A stretch of 64,000 nt of DNA, from assembly GCA_964373125.1 (NCBI GenBank), contig CAYJSN010000005.1:12958-76957 (forward strand), given 5' to 3'. The notes beneath the pieces were generated by a model. That model did not search any database, was not told the DNA's origin, and worked only from the letters and a program-made list of their open reading frames with translations. Shown here one piece after another: positions 17,969-27,218 of this stretch. Origin of the DNA: an uncultured Nitrosopumilales archaeon. GTDB lineage: Archaea > Thermoproteota > Nitrososphaeria > Nitrososphaerales > UBA213. The translations under genes and the position numbers were made by a program. Every line of letters starts with the position of its first letter. Position 1 is the first letter of the stretch.

Positions 17969-19114
17969 GTGGCAGGGATGAACCTCTGGGCGGTGAATGC
18001 CCTGAGAGAGATCCCCATAAACAAGCCGTTCTTCGGCCGGGAGGAGCTAGCCGAAGCAATGAAAGTCATCCGTGAAGGCAGCCTGACAGGCCCGGCCCTG
18101 GAGGGAGGAAAGAGGGCGCGGGAGTTCGAGACGATGCTCGGCAGATTTCTCGGCACAAGGTACGCCCTAGCGCTCAACTCTGGCACCTCATCGCTCCATG
18201 CAGCCATGCTGGCACTCGGCATAGGCAGGGGCGACGAGGTCCTGATTCCTTCATTTACATTTGTGGCAACAGCAAACGCGGTCGCTGCAACCGGCGCCAG
18301 GCCGGTCTTCGTTGACATCAGGCGGAGCGATTACACGATGGATCCCGGCGACTTGGAGAGCAAGGTGACCCGCAGGTCGAAGGCGATAATCCCCGTCCAC
18401 CTCTACGGCCACACCGCCGATATGGACCGGATAAGCGAGGTCGCCGAGAGGCGTTCGTTACACGTTGTGGAGGACTGCGCCCAGTCGCTCGGCTCGGTAT
18501 ATAAAGGGAGGCAGACGGGCTCGATCGGCGATATCGGGTGCTTCAGCTTTTACGCCAGCAAGGTCCTGACGACCGGCGAGGGCGGCGCCGCCGTCACCCG
18601 GAGCAGGGAGCTCGCCGGTCGCATCAGGATGATAAGGAGCCGCGACCTGCCCGGGAAAGGCCGGTCTGTTATAAAGCGGCTCGGCCTGGGGATGCCGGAG
18701 CCCAGCGCTGCAATCGCAAAGGCCCAGATGCGGAAGCTCCCAAGGATACTGCGGCTCAGGAGGAGGAACGCGACCATGCTGACGGAGATGCTCCAAGATC
18801 TCGGGGTTGATCGCGACCTTCGCCTGCCCCTAGAACCGCGGGGCTCCAAGTACAACTGGTTCCTCTACACCGTGTCGTTCAGGGACGGAGATCTAAGGAA
18901 CACGGTCCTGCGGAGGCTGAGCTCCAGCGGCATACACGCGACAGTATACTACGACCCGCCGGTGCACCGGACGCCCTTTTACGATAACAACGCTTCGCTG
19001 CCCAACACCGAATGGGCAGCCAGCCACGTGCTGTCCCTGCCGGTGCACCCGCACCTGAACTCGAAAGATATGGAACATATGGCAAGCAGCCTGAAGAAGG
19101 CCTTGCGAGCTTAG
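17969..19114 (+). CDS. DegT/DnrJ/EryC1/StrS family sugar aminotransferase
   Basis: 381 aa. LNSGTSSLHAAMLALGIGRGDEV, FSFYASKVLTTGEGG (PLP lysine) and PVHPHL. An ATG at 17978 is an alternative start. Confidence 0.85.
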   Translation: MAGMNLWAVNALREIPINKPFFGREELAEAMKVIREGSLTGPALEGGKRAREFETMLGRFLGTRYALALNSGTSSLHAAMLALGIGRGDEVLIPSFTFVATANAVAATGARPVFVDIRRSDYTMDPGDLESKVTRRSKAIIPVHLYGHTADMDRISEVAERRSLHVVEDCAQSLGSVYKGRQTGSIGDIGCFSFYASKVLTTGEGGAAVTRSRELAGRIRMIRSRDLPGKGRSVIKRLGLGMPEPSAAIAKAQMRKLPRILRLRRRNATMLTEMLQDLGVDRDLRLPLEPRGSKYNWFLYTVSFRDGDLRNTVLRRLSSSGIHATVYYDPPVHRTPFYDNNASLPNTEWAASHVLSLPVHPHLNSKDMEHMASSLKKALRA

Positions 19115-19188
19115 ACGCCTGCCGGCGATGCAAGATCTACTGGCATCTTCGCGAGGCGGCCGAAAACCTTTTAATATCACTAGCGATA

Positions 19189-20373
19189 ATGGTGGGTGTG
19201 CGGTTGATCCTTTACACCGGCAAGGGAGGAACCGGCAAGACCGTGACCTCCTGCGCGTCTGCGCTCAGGTGCGCCGAGCATGGTCACAAAACTCTGCTGA
19301 TATCGGCAGATCCCGCGCATACGCTCAGCGATGCCTTCTCGCAGAGCATAGGGAACGAGCCGACCCGCCTTGCCGACAACTTGGAGGCGCTGCAGATAGA
19401 TCCCGTCGCGGAGATGAGCAAGCAGTATGAACAACTGCTATCCTACATGGCGTCGCTCTTCTCTGCCAGGGGAGTCGACGAGACCCTTGCCTACGAGATC
19501 GCGATGCTGCCCGGCATGACGCAGCTCTTCTCTATGGTGAAGGCGGAGGATATCAGCGAGCAGGGGGACTACGATGTAGTGCTGCTCGATATGGTGGCAT
19601 CCGGCGAGGCGCTGCGCTATCTTTACTTCCCGAAGCTGATCGGGAGCCTGAACAAGAGGCTGGCAGGTCTAACAGGTCTGCTCAGCGGCATTGCAAGGAT
19701 CTTCGAGCCTATAGCAAGGATACCCGCGCCGACCTCCCAGATACTGAAGATCGAGGTGCAGCTTGTGGAGAAGCTGGAGCGGCTCGCAGACCTGATCATG
19801 GACCACAAGCGAACCAGCATAAGGCTGGTGGCGAACCCCGACACCTTCAGCATAGAGAACGCAAAGCGGGCGCTGATGTCCGCAAACCTGTACGGGATAA
19901 ACGTTGACATGGCGATAATCAACAAGATAATGCCGAGGGTGGACGAGCCCTACTTCTCCAGATGGGCCGACTTTCAGGAGGAAAAGGTGAGGGAGGCCGA
20001 GGCAAACTTCTACCCGCTGCCGGTGCGGAGGATGAGACTATTCGAGACCGAGATGCAGGGCAGAGAGATGCTTCTCAGGTACGGCGAGGAGCTCTTCGGC
20101 ACCGAGGACCCGGCTGGAGTATTCTACCAAGGAACGCCGTTCTCATTCGAGGCCTCCGATACCACGTTCAACATGAAGGTCCGGGTGCCCTTCACGGAGA
20201 AGGACAACTTCGACATCGAGCGCTTCGGGGATCAGCTCACCATAAAGGTGCGGAACAAGGTCGGGAGCTTGGTGAACATAGTGCCCCTGCCAGCGGCCAC
20301 GATAGGCATGAAGCTATCGAAGGCGAAGCTGCGGGGCGACGAGCTTAACATCCAGTTCGACAGGTCGGCTTAG
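19189..20373 (+). CDS. ArsA/GET3-type ATPase with C-terminal HSP20-like domain
   Basis: ORF 19012..20373 trimmed to the ATG at 19189. P-loop GKGGTGKT, then ISADPAHTLSDAF. The C-terminal roughly 90 aa form a beta-rich alpha-crystallin-like domain (NMKVRVPF...LTIKVRN...LNIQF). Confidence 0.85.
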   Translation: MVGVRLILYTGKGGTGKTVTSCASALRCAEHGHKTLLISADPAHTLSDAFSQSIGNEPTRLADNLEALQIDPVAEMSKQYEQLLSYMASLFSARGVDETLAYEIAMLPGMTQLFSMVKAEDISEQGDYDVVLLDMVASGEALRYLYFPKLIGSLNKRLAGLTGLLSGIARIFEPIARIPAPTSQILKIEVQLVEKLERLADLIMDHKRTSIRLVANPDTFSIENAKRALMSANLYGINVDMAIINKIMPRVDEPYFSRWADFQEEKVREAEANFYPLPVRRMRLFETEMQGREMLLRYGEELFGTEDPAGVFYQGTPFSFEASDTTFNMKVRVPFTEKDNFDIERFGDQLTIKVRNKVGSLVNIVPLPAATIGMKLSKAKLRGDELNIQFDRSA

Positions 20374-20396
20374 CATTCCGGTTCGGCAGGCAGGTT

Positions 20397-20603
20397 TTAC
20401 TCCACCTTTATGCGCTCTTTGGAAGGCTTCATCTCTGCCTCCATGAGCTCGATGTACTTGTCGATCCCTGCCTCCATCGACTTGTTGGCTATCTTCGCGA
20501 CCCTGGCCATCGCCAGCAGGAAGGCAAGGCTGGAATCGAAGGCGACCTGTGTGATGACGAGGGGCAGCTCGAACATCGAGGCTTCCTTCTTGCTCTCGCT
20601 CAT
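20397..20603 (-). CDS. hypothetical 68-aa protein
   Basis: ORF with a central hydrophobic/amphipathic segment. No family recognised. Confidence 0.35.
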   Translation of the reverse strand: MSESKKEASMFELPLVITQVAFDSSLAFLLAMARVAKIANKSMEAGIDKYIELMEAEMKPSKERIKVE

Positions 20604-20655
20604 GAACTAGAAGTGGCGAAAGCTGCTGATAAATATTGCTCGCCGCTCTATAGGG

Positions 20656-21045
20656 TTGTTGAAGTTCACAAAGAAGGAGGCAGATTTCATAGACGCCCGC
20701 GAGGTGTGCAGGCTGGCGACCTCCTCCGACAACAAGCCACATGTCGTACCTGTTTGTTACATCTTCATGGACGGGCACTTTTACATCGCGACCGACTACG
20801 GCACGAAGAAGTACCATAATATCATGAAGAACGTGTCCGTCTCCCTAGTCGTGGACACCTACCAGCCGAACAAGGCCGTGATGGTGGAGGGCGAGGCCGA
20901 GCTGATAGAGCGGGGGAGCGAGTTCAAGATGATATACGAGAAGTTTAACAAAAAGTTCGCCTGGGTGAGGGCCACGCCTTGGAAGGAGGGCGAGGCACCA
21001 TTCATAAAGGTGAAGCCCTTGAGGAAGGCCAGCTGGGGGCTGTGA
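20656..21045 (+). CDS. pyridoxamine 5'-phosphate oxidase-like (PPOX / F420-FMN-binding split barrel) protein
   Basis: 129 aa with a TTG start. REVCRLATSSDNKPHVVPVCYIFMDGHFYIATD...VSLVVD is the PPOX-class pattern. Confidence 0.7.
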   Translation: MLKFTKKEADFIDAREVCRLATSSDNKPHVVPVCYIFMDGHFYIATDYGTKKYHNIMKNVSVSLVVDTYQPNKAVMVEGEAELIERGSEFKMIYEKFNKKFAWVRATPWKEGEAPFIKVKPLRKASWGL

Positions 21046-21048
21046 GAG

Positions 21049-21549
21049 ATGGCCAACATATTTGCGAGGTTTGCGGGCAGGCTCTGCGAGGCGCTGCGCC
21101 CCATAAAACATGATCTGTTCTTGGGCAACGCTGGGTCCAGCACTGCAATATGCACACTCTCCAGCATGGACCTGCTCGAGCAGGTCGCCAGGTCCGAGCT
21201 GATAAAGAGCGTGGCGCTCGTAGGGAGGCTCCTCTCCGAGAACAAGGGGATCGAGAAGCTGATCGGGTATGTCCTTGCGCACGGAAACCTGAAGTACATT
21301 GTCCTCTGCGGCAAGGACACAAAGGGGCACTTCCCCGGCCAGGCGCTGCTAGCCCTTCACAAAAATGGAATCGATGCAGGCAGGATCGTCGGAGCTCTCG
21401 GCAGCGACCCTGTCCTCGAGGATGTAAGCACGGAGGAGGTCGAGGAGTTCAGGAAGCGCATAACCCTCATCGATGCGATAGGCACCAGCGACATCGGGGA
21501 GATATCTGCCAGGGTGACGGGCCTCACCGGTAGATCGCAGCACAGATGA
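21049..21549 (+). CDS. MtrA-like corrinoid-binding domain protein (soluble, no C-terminal TM helix)
   Basis: 166 aa. TAICTLSS...ENKGIEKLIGYVLAHGNLKYIVLCGKDTKGHFPGQALLALHKNGID..RIVGALG...VEEFRKRITLIDAIG is collinear with tetrahydromethanopterin S-methyltransferase subunit A, including the GH(x)xGQ cobalt-ligand region. Confidence 0.7.
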   Translation: MANIFARFAGRLCEALRPIKHDLFLGNAGSSTAICTLSSMDLLEQVARSELIKSVALVGRLLSENKGIEKLIGYVLAHGNLKYIVLCGKDTKGHFPGQALLALHKNGIDAGRIVGALGSDPVLEDVSTEEVEEFRKRITLIDAIGTSDIGEISARVTGLTGRSQHR

Positions 21550-21945
21550 TCATAGATGTCGTATCTTCACCGGCGTGCTGTCCCTGACCAGCGCCAGCAC
21601 ATCCTTGCCGCCGAGAACCTTTCCAATAACGTTGACCGGTGAATACGGTTTTATCTCGTTTGGCCCGCTCACCGGGGTGGGACCGAAGAAGAGGCAGAGC
21701 GCCTGTCCGTCCGGCCAGTAGGCAACATCCATCAGCTCCACCAGCGATTTCGAGTTCTCCCGCTCCTTGACCTGGACCGGCATCGGATCGGTGTAGAGCT
21801 CCTCGCCCCAGCGGTTTATCTCCACCTTGATCGGCAGCTTCTCCAAGATCGCGCGCACGGTTTTGGGGGCTGCCGCATCGTCCAGCTCCACGTCCGCGCC
21901 GACGCCCATCTTGGGGAACTCGACGCGAAGCTTGTGCTTGGCCAC
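21550..21945 (-). CDS. cyclophilin-like fold protein (TM1367-like family)
   Basis: 131 aa. APKTVRAILEKLP...NRWGEELY...VAYWPDGQALCLFFGPTP...VNVIGKV fits the cyclophilin-like superfamily pattern. Confidence 0.6.
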   Translation of the reverse strand: MAKHKLRVEFPKMGVGADVELDDAAAPKTVRAILEKLPIKVEINRWGEELYTDPMPVQVKERENSKSLVELMDVAYWPDGQALCLFFGPTPVSGPNEIKPYSPVNVIGKVLGGKDVLALVRDSTPVKIRHL

Positions 21946-22039
21946 AGCCGGGTGCCGCCTCCGGACTATAATAACCTATGAGATTGAGGCGGCCCGCTCT
22001 CACGCAATCCAAAAGGAATAAAAAATCACCAGCGTCTAA

Positions 22040-23704
22040 GTGATCCCGTTAATGGCGCTGGACATCTCACTGATTCTTGGCATAGCGGGCGTCTTCATCC
22101 TCTCGGGCTACGTTAGTGACTACATATTCAGGCGGTTCGGTTTCCCAGACATAATCATTCTTCTGGCCATCGGGGTTCTGATCGGCCCGGCCTCTGGCCT
22201 GGTGAAGCGGTCCGATATGATCGAGTTCGCACCCATACTGGCGGCGCTGGTGATGACGATCCTCCTCTACAATGGCGGCCTGAAGATGACCTACGACCGC
22301 GTGATACGGGGCAGCGGCAGATCGATAATCCTCGCGGGCACGGCCTTCGCCCTGACCGTGATTGCAACCATGCTGGTAACCATGCCGATGCTGGGCTGGG
22401 ATCCCCTGACGGGGCTGCTGCTGGGAGTGATACTGGGCGGGATGACCTCCGCGGTGGTGGTGCCGCTGGCAAAGAAGGTCAGCTCGAACCAGAGGATTCC
22501 GGCGCTGCTCGAACTCGAGTCGTCCTACACTGACGTGATGGTCATACTCGCATCGATTGCTGTGATCTTGTTCATAGCGTTCCAGGCGAACCCTAGCGCC
22601 CTCACCTTCGGCTTTGGCGCCGGGGGACTGACTGTTGCGATACCCATCGGAATCGCGATCGGGATCGGTGGAGGGTTTGCGTGGTCTCGGATGATGATAT
22701 CGATGAGGTCGGCGTACGAGGACGTGATCACGCTCGCGATCGCCTTTGCGCTGTACGGCCTTGCCGAGTACGTCGGGGGCAGCGGCCCCATCGCAGCGCT
22801 GGCGTTCGGCATCACCTTCGGCAACGCGCCGGGGCTGATCAGGTCGCTCAGGAACGAGCTGCCACTGGTGAAGGACTCGGAGATCGAGGTCTCCGCAAGG
22901 AAGTTCGAGTCCCAGATCGCCTTCATGGTGCGCGCCATACTCTTCATCCTGCTGGGCTCTCTTCTCGCTATGAGCGGGACCGGAATGGTGCTCGCCGGCA
23001 TCGTCATAGCGCTCGTGCTCTTCTTCCCCAGGATGGGCGCCACGTGGATAACCTCTCAGGGCGACCGGGAACTGAGGAGGAACGCATGGCTGATCAGCTT
23101 CATGCTCCCGAGGGGGCTTGCCGTCGGAACGGCAGCGCTGCTCCCGACACTCTTCAAGCTGGATAATGCCTCGACCTTCATCAACTTGGCCTTTGTGGTC
23201 ATAGTCTCAACGGTCGCAATAACCACCATCGGGGTCAGCTCCCTGCGGCTCTCCAAGGCCGTGATGATGCCGGCCCAGAAAGGCGTTGCCGGCGGGTCCG
23301 TGGCGGAGACCGACGCGCTGCGGAAGACCATGATCTTCGTTGCGATAGCCTTTGCTGCTGCTGCGGGAAGCATGATCGCGGTGAACAGCTCAACCGGTGG
23401 CCAGCTCTTCGGCGTGCAGTTCGCTTTTGAAAAGGGCGACATTCAGGAGCTATCGATAAAACCGCTGGGCGAGCCGAGAGCCTACTTCTTTGACGGCACC
23501 GGAGCCGAGAGGAGCCTGACCAAGCAGTACGGCCCCAGCAAGGTCGTGTCGTACAGGTGGGATTTCGGGGACGGGACAACCAGCAAGGAACCCCAGGTGG
23601 TGCACATGTACGGTAGCACGGGCGAGTTCGTTGTGAAGTTCACCATCGTGAGGGAGGACAGCGTCGCGCACAGCGGCAGCACGGTCCTGAAAGTTTCAGA
23701 GTGA
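22040..23704 (+). CDS. cation/proton antiporter (CPA1, Na+/H+ exchanger family) fused to a C-terminal PKD-like domain
   Basis: 554 aa with a GTG start. About 12 TM helices with the NhaP-like layout. The C-terminus carries YRWDFGDGTTSKEPQVVHMYGSTGEFVVKFTIV, a PKD signature (WDFGDG). Confidence 0.8.
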   Translation: MIPLMALDISLILGIAGVFILSGYVSDYIFRRFGFPDIIILLAIGVLIGPASGLVKRSDMIEFAPILAALVMTILLYNGGLKMTYDRVIRGSGRSIILAGTAFALTVIATMLVTMPMLGWDPLTGLLLGVILGGMTSAVVVPLAKKVSSNQRIPALLELESSYTDVMVILASIAVILFIAFQANPSALTFGFGAGGLTVAIPIGIAIGIGGGFAWSRMMISMRSAYEDVITLAIAFALYGLAEYVGGSGPIAALAFGITFGNAPGLIRSLRNELPLVKDSEIEVSARKFESQIAFMVRAILFILLGSLLAMSGTGMVLAGIVIALVLFFPRMGATWITSQGDRELRRNAWLISFMLPRGLAVGTAALLPTLFKLDNASTFINLAFVVIVSTVAITTIGVSSLRLSKAVMMPAQKGVAGGSVAETDALRKTMIFVAIAFAAAAGSMIAVNSSTGGQLFGVQFAFEKGDIQELSIKPLGEPRAYFFDGTGAERSLTKQYGPSKVVSYRWDFGDGTTSKEPQVVHMYGSTGEFVVKFTIVREDSVAHSGSTVLKVSE

Positions 23705-23810
23705 GAGTAAAACCCTGATCCTATGCGGATCATTTCAAGGACGCTTAAATAACCGGTGATCGCGCCGGCGAGGAAACGTTAATTAAAGAACAATATCGAT
23801 CTAGTGTGAT

Positions 23811-24047
23811 ATGTCCAAGGAAGAGAGAACCGGCCGAGGAACGAGCAAGAACAGGGCCGCCAAGTTGAAGGAGATCGCACTCTCGGAGACGAACACCTTC
23901 AGCGAGAGGATGAGAGCCATAGACCTCCTGGGCGAGCTGGGCGACGAGGCTTTTGACGACTTGGCAGACATAGCATCGAAGGGTCTTACGTACAGCGAGA
24001 GGATGAACTCGCTGGACATGCTGGAAAAGATCGTCAAGCGAGGCTAA
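23811..24047 (+). CDS. hypothetical small alpha-helical (HEAT-like repeat) protein
   Basis: 78 aa. Two similar segments (SERMRAIDLLGELG and SERMNSLDMLEKI) suggest repeat helices. Confidence 0.4.
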   Translation: MSKEERTGRGTSKNRAAKLKEIALSETNTFSERMRAIDLLGELGDEAFDDLADIASKGLTYSERMNSLDMLEKIVKRG

Positions 24048-24073
24048 CTTTCACACTTTTTCTTCGAGCATTC

Positions 24074-25219
24074 CTATGCTGAGGGAGTCAATCCCGTTTT
24101 GTTTAGCTGCTCCAGCACAAAGAGTTCGCCGGCAACCTCCACGATCGGCCTAACCAGGACTCCCGTCGCGTTGATCAGGTCGCCCGTCCTGCCTGACCAG
24201 AGGGCCGCGAATGACAGCATTGCATCGGAGTACGCGGCAAGTGCATCCTGCGGCATGGACGGCGGCACATTGGACTTTCCCGCGGCATAGAGGTCCTTCC
24301 AGCCGTTGTCGATGTACCAGTTCCTGAGGAACTGCTTGCTGACATCCTGGTAGCGCTTGGGCATCTTCCTGACCTGATCGAGCAGGGCAGAGACCTTTGC
24401 CTGATCCAAGTTCCACCTCCTCTGGTAGAAGTAGAGGAACCGCTCGATCACACTCAGGTCTTTTATCTCAAGCAGATAGCGATCCTCCTCGGGGTTTCCA
24501 AAGCTGTCCGCAAGTCCGACGTGGCCCTCCGAGTCCACGAAGAGCTCGTACTTGCCGTCCGCGCGGAGCAGGTTCTTCTGCTCCGCATACTTGGAGATGA
24601 GCGGTATGCACCTCCGTATCGCGTCCTGCCCCTCCTGCCACTGCCCGTCGGTGAGCCTTGACCTAGTTTTTGCTTCTTCCTCGCTCAGCGGGATGTCGCC
24701 GCGCTTGTCGTACTTCGTCGTGTAGAGGAGCTTGAACTCGCCCCCCGCTGCGCTGAGGATCACCTCCCCGCCCTGCGGCATCTCCGTGAAACCGTAATCC
24801 CGGAAGTCCTTCTTCCCGGACCTCAGGTCCCTCAGTAGCGACGACCTAGGGTGCAGGTAGTAGTTGAATATGACCTCGAGATCCACGACCCTGTTCTTGG
24901 TGCCTATCTCAACCTTGTCGGGCTCCAGCGGGAACCCATCCCTGCCGGGAACCCTCACCACGTGTATCTTGATGCGGTCCTCCCCGGCCCCGATGAAGCA
25001 GGTCCGTATGCCGCTGGCCTGGGCGATCTCAAAGCTCTTGTTGATTATGTAGGCCATGGCTATGCCCTTGTGGGGGATATCGAAGGGCCACTTGCCCCTG
25101 GTCTTGTAGTCGAAGATCGAGAATGAGTCCTTCGGTATGAAGTATCCTGCGCCCATCCTGTCGCCCTCCGGCATACTCTCTACAAGAATATCCTTTGCAG
25201 AACCTTCGAAAGTGGTCAT
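24074..25219 (-). CDS. SAICAR synthase-family protein (long PurC-like form)
   Basis: ORF trimmed to the ATG at 25219 (MTTFEGSAKDILVE...). It is PurC-like at both ends (GKGIAMAYI..., ...DGKYELFVD..., SKQFLRNWYIDNGW) but is about 380 aa, whereas typical PurC is about 240 aa. Confidence 0.6.
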   Translation of the reverse strand: MTTFEGSAKDILVESMPEGDRMGAGYFIPKDSFSIFDYKTRGKWPFDIPHKGIAMAYIINKSFEIAQASGIRTCFIGAGEDRIKIHVVRVPGRDGFPLEPDKVEIGTKNRVVDLEVIFNYYLHPRSSLLRDLRSGKKDFRDYGFTEMPQGGEVILSAAGGEFKLLYTTKYDKRGDIPLSEEEAKTRSRLTDGQWQEGQDAIRRCIPLISKYAEQKNLLRADGKYELFVDSEGHVGLADSFGNPEEDRYLLEIKDLSVIERFLYFYQRRWNLDQAKVSALLDQVRKMPKRYQDVSKQFLRNWYIDNGWKDLYAAGKSNVPPSMPQDALAAYSDAMLSFAALWSGRTGDLINATGVLVRPIVEVAGELFVLEQLNKTGLTPSA

Positions 25220-25350
25220 CTGTTTTGGGATAAGGTTAACCCTGTAAGCGTTAAAAAGTTTAATGAATCTGGCAGACAGTGCGAATCCAACTTGCAAGTT
25301 ACCGGGCCGGAGTTGAAAGTTTATAACTGCTTCCCGTAGACCAAGCCTCC

Positions 25351-25632
25351 ATGCCGATGCCGGGACCGGAGTTCGACTCGGTCGAGGACCCCGTGGTTGT
25401 GATACGGGATTTTCTGAAGCGCAACAGCAAGGACGGCTGGTCGCCGGAGGAGATCAGCGAGCACACCGGGCTCGATATGAATACAGTATTCCAGCTCTGC
25501 CAGATGCTCAGGGCGCAGTACGTCGAGGCTGCAGCGAAGGGCGATCACTTCCCGGTCAGATCGATCGAGAGGCTGGGCCAGATGTACTTCAAGTGGACCC
25601 CGAAGAGCAGGAAAACCAAGGCCGCTGAGTAA
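25351..25632 (+). CDS. hypothetical small winged-helix-like protein
   Basis: 93-aa ORF. VIRDFLKRNSKDGWSPEEISEHTGLDMNTVFQLCQML looks like an HTH. Confidence 0.4.
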   Translation: MPMPGPEFDSVEDPVVVIRDFLKRNSKDGWSPEEISEHTGLDMNTVFQLCQMLRAQYVEAAAKGDHFPVRSIERLGQMYFKWTPKSRKTKAAE

Positions 25633-25668
25633 AGAATCAATTTAAGTGGCTCCGAACCCCGCCTGACG

Positions 25669-26349
25669 GTGGGAATGCGCAGGCTCTTCATCTTCGACCT
25701 GCATAACACGCTGGTGAAGGACAACGACCTCACGGTAACCGAGGCGATCAACTCGGTGCTCGCGGAGCGCAAAAAGAACACCAGGGTGGATGTCGAGTAC
25801 GTGAGAAATTACCAGGCCAGGCTGAGGCCCTTCTCGCAGTACTTCCGCGACATGCTGCCGAGCGCCACCCAGCAGGAGGTGGAGGAGATGACACTCGCGA
25901 CCAAGGAGAAGTGCGAGCGATTCCTGATACGCAAGCATGTGAAGAAGATGGATCATGCCGACAAGGTGCTCCAGGAGATAAAGAGCAGGGGCGACGAGGT
26001 GCTGGTGCTCTCCTTCAGCACCGCGGCCTCGATCGATATCTATCTTAGAATAGCAGGGTTGGAGGAGCTTATCGACCGGCGGCTCGGGATCGAGACCAGG
26101 CAGGAGGTCCTCAGCGACGAGGATCCCGGCAGGGTCAAGGCCGGGCTGCTCGAGGAGCACCTGGGCGCAGAGAAGAGCAAGTATGACAGCATGTTCATGA
26201 TCGGCGACTCGGCCTCGGATATGAAGGCCGGCAGGGCTGTTGGAGCTACAAACATCTACTTCACAAAGACGAAGGAAATCCTGGACATAGCGGACCACCG
26301 CATAGACGACCTGCGTGACGTCCTCAGGATAGCTTACGGCTCCATGTGA
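25669..26349 (+). CDS. HAD-superfamily hydrolase
   Basis: 226 aa. Motif I reads FIFDLHNTL, so the second Asp is replaced by His. Motif III/IV is MFMIGDSASDMKAGRAVGA. An ATG at 25675 is an alternative start. Confidence 0.7.
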   Translation: MGMRRLFIFDLHNTLVKDNDLTVTEAINSVLAERKKNTRVDVEYVRNYQARLRPFSQYFRDMLPSATQQEVEEMTLATKEKCERFLIRKHVKKMDHADKVLQEIKSRGDEVLVLSFSTAASIDIYLRIAGLEELIDRRLGIETRQEVLSDEDPGRVKAGLLEEHLGAEKSKYDSMFMIGDSASDMKAGRAVGATNIYFTKTKEILDIADHRIDDLRDVLRIAYGSM

Positions 26350-26359
26350 GGAAGGGCAG

Positions 26360-26448
26360 CGGGCTCGGTGGGATTCGAACCCACGACCTACAGCTATCTC
26401 CGATTATCTTAGGAGGCTGCCGCGCTGTCCGTACTGCGCCACGAGCCC
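26360..26448 (-). tRNA. tRNA-Arg (anticodon CCT) with a 14-nt intron at the canonical 37/38 site
   Basis: Hand-folded cloverleaf: GGGCTCG/CGAGCCC acceptor, GCGC D-stem, GCAGC/GCTGT anticodon stem, loop CTCCTAA, GTGGG-TTCGAAT-CCCAC T-arm. The intron AGATAATCGGAGAT has GGAG pairing to the anticodon region. A TATA-like cttaaattta lies about 26 bp upstream. Confidence 0.85.
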
Positions 26449-26465
26449 GACTACCGTCCACCCAT

Positions 26466-26482
26466 CCTAAATTTAAGAATTG
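26466..26482 (-). promoter_or_regulatory. TATA-like promoter element for tRNA-Arg
   Basis: The reverse strand reads caattcttaaatttagg, centred about 26 nt upstream of the tRNA 5' end. Confidence 0.45.
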
Positions 26483-26519
26483 GCAGCGGGGCTCGATAAG
26501 CAACGCACTTTCTTCAAAG

Positions 26520-27218
26520 TCATGAGCCGTTCAGCTTTGCGCGCAGCTTGTTCCAGCCGTTGCCCTCGCCCGCGCCCCACCTCTCAAAGTAGATGACGTC
26601 GTTCAGCGGGAGCCTCGGGAGCCACCCGGCGCGTTCCAAGTCGGGCTTTGCCTCAAAGTGCGTCACGTAGCCCAGGCACAAATATGCTATCGGTATGATG
26701 TGTTCTGGTATCTGCAGGATCTCCCTCAGGTCGCCGTTGTCCAGTATGCTGACCCAGCCGACGCCGATCCCCTCGGCCCTGGCGGCAAGCCACAGGTTCT
26801 GGATCGCGCAGCAGACGCTGTACACGCCGGTCTCGGGTATGCTCGTCCGGCCGATGACGAACGGGCCGAACCTTGTCGGGTCGTAGGTGATGCACAGGTT
26901 GACCGGCGCGTCCATTATTCCTTCAAGCTTCAGGGAGAGGTAGGCCGAACGCTTCGGGTCGTCGATCAGCTGCGAGGACCGCTGGCGCTCCCTCTCGAAT
27001 GACTCCCTGACCTTGCTTTTTGTTTCCGCATCCTTGATCAGCACGAAGTTCCAGGGCTGCGAAAAGCCCACCGACGGCGCGTGGTGCGCCGCGTCCAGCA
27101 TGCGCAGCAGGACATCGTCGGGTATGCTATCCTGCCTGAACTGGGCCCGCACGTCCCGCCTCGAGTGGATGGCCCTGTACAGGCCGTCCCTTTCTTCCTG
27201 CGAGAAATCGTCCTGCAT
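26520..27218 (-). CDS. bluB: BluB-like nitroreductase-family protein (5,6-dimethylbenzimidazole synthase-like)
   Basis: 232 aa. LYRAIHSRRDVRAQF...PDDVLLRMLDAAHHAPSVGFSQPWNFVLI resembles the BluB subgroup of the nitroreductase fold. Subfamily assignment needs an HMM. Confidence 0.6.
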   Translation of the reverse strand: MQDDFSQEERDGLYRAIHSRRDVRAQFRQDSIPDDVLLRMLDAAHHAPSVGFSQPWNFVLIKDAETKSKVRESFERERQRSSQLIDDPKRSAYLSLKLEGIMDAPVNLCITYDPTRFGPFVIGRTSIPETGVYSVCCAIQNLWLAARAEGIGVGWVSILDNGDLREILQIPEHIIPIAYLCLGYVTHFEAKPDLERAGWLPRLPLNDVIYFERWGAGEGNGWNKLRAKLNGS

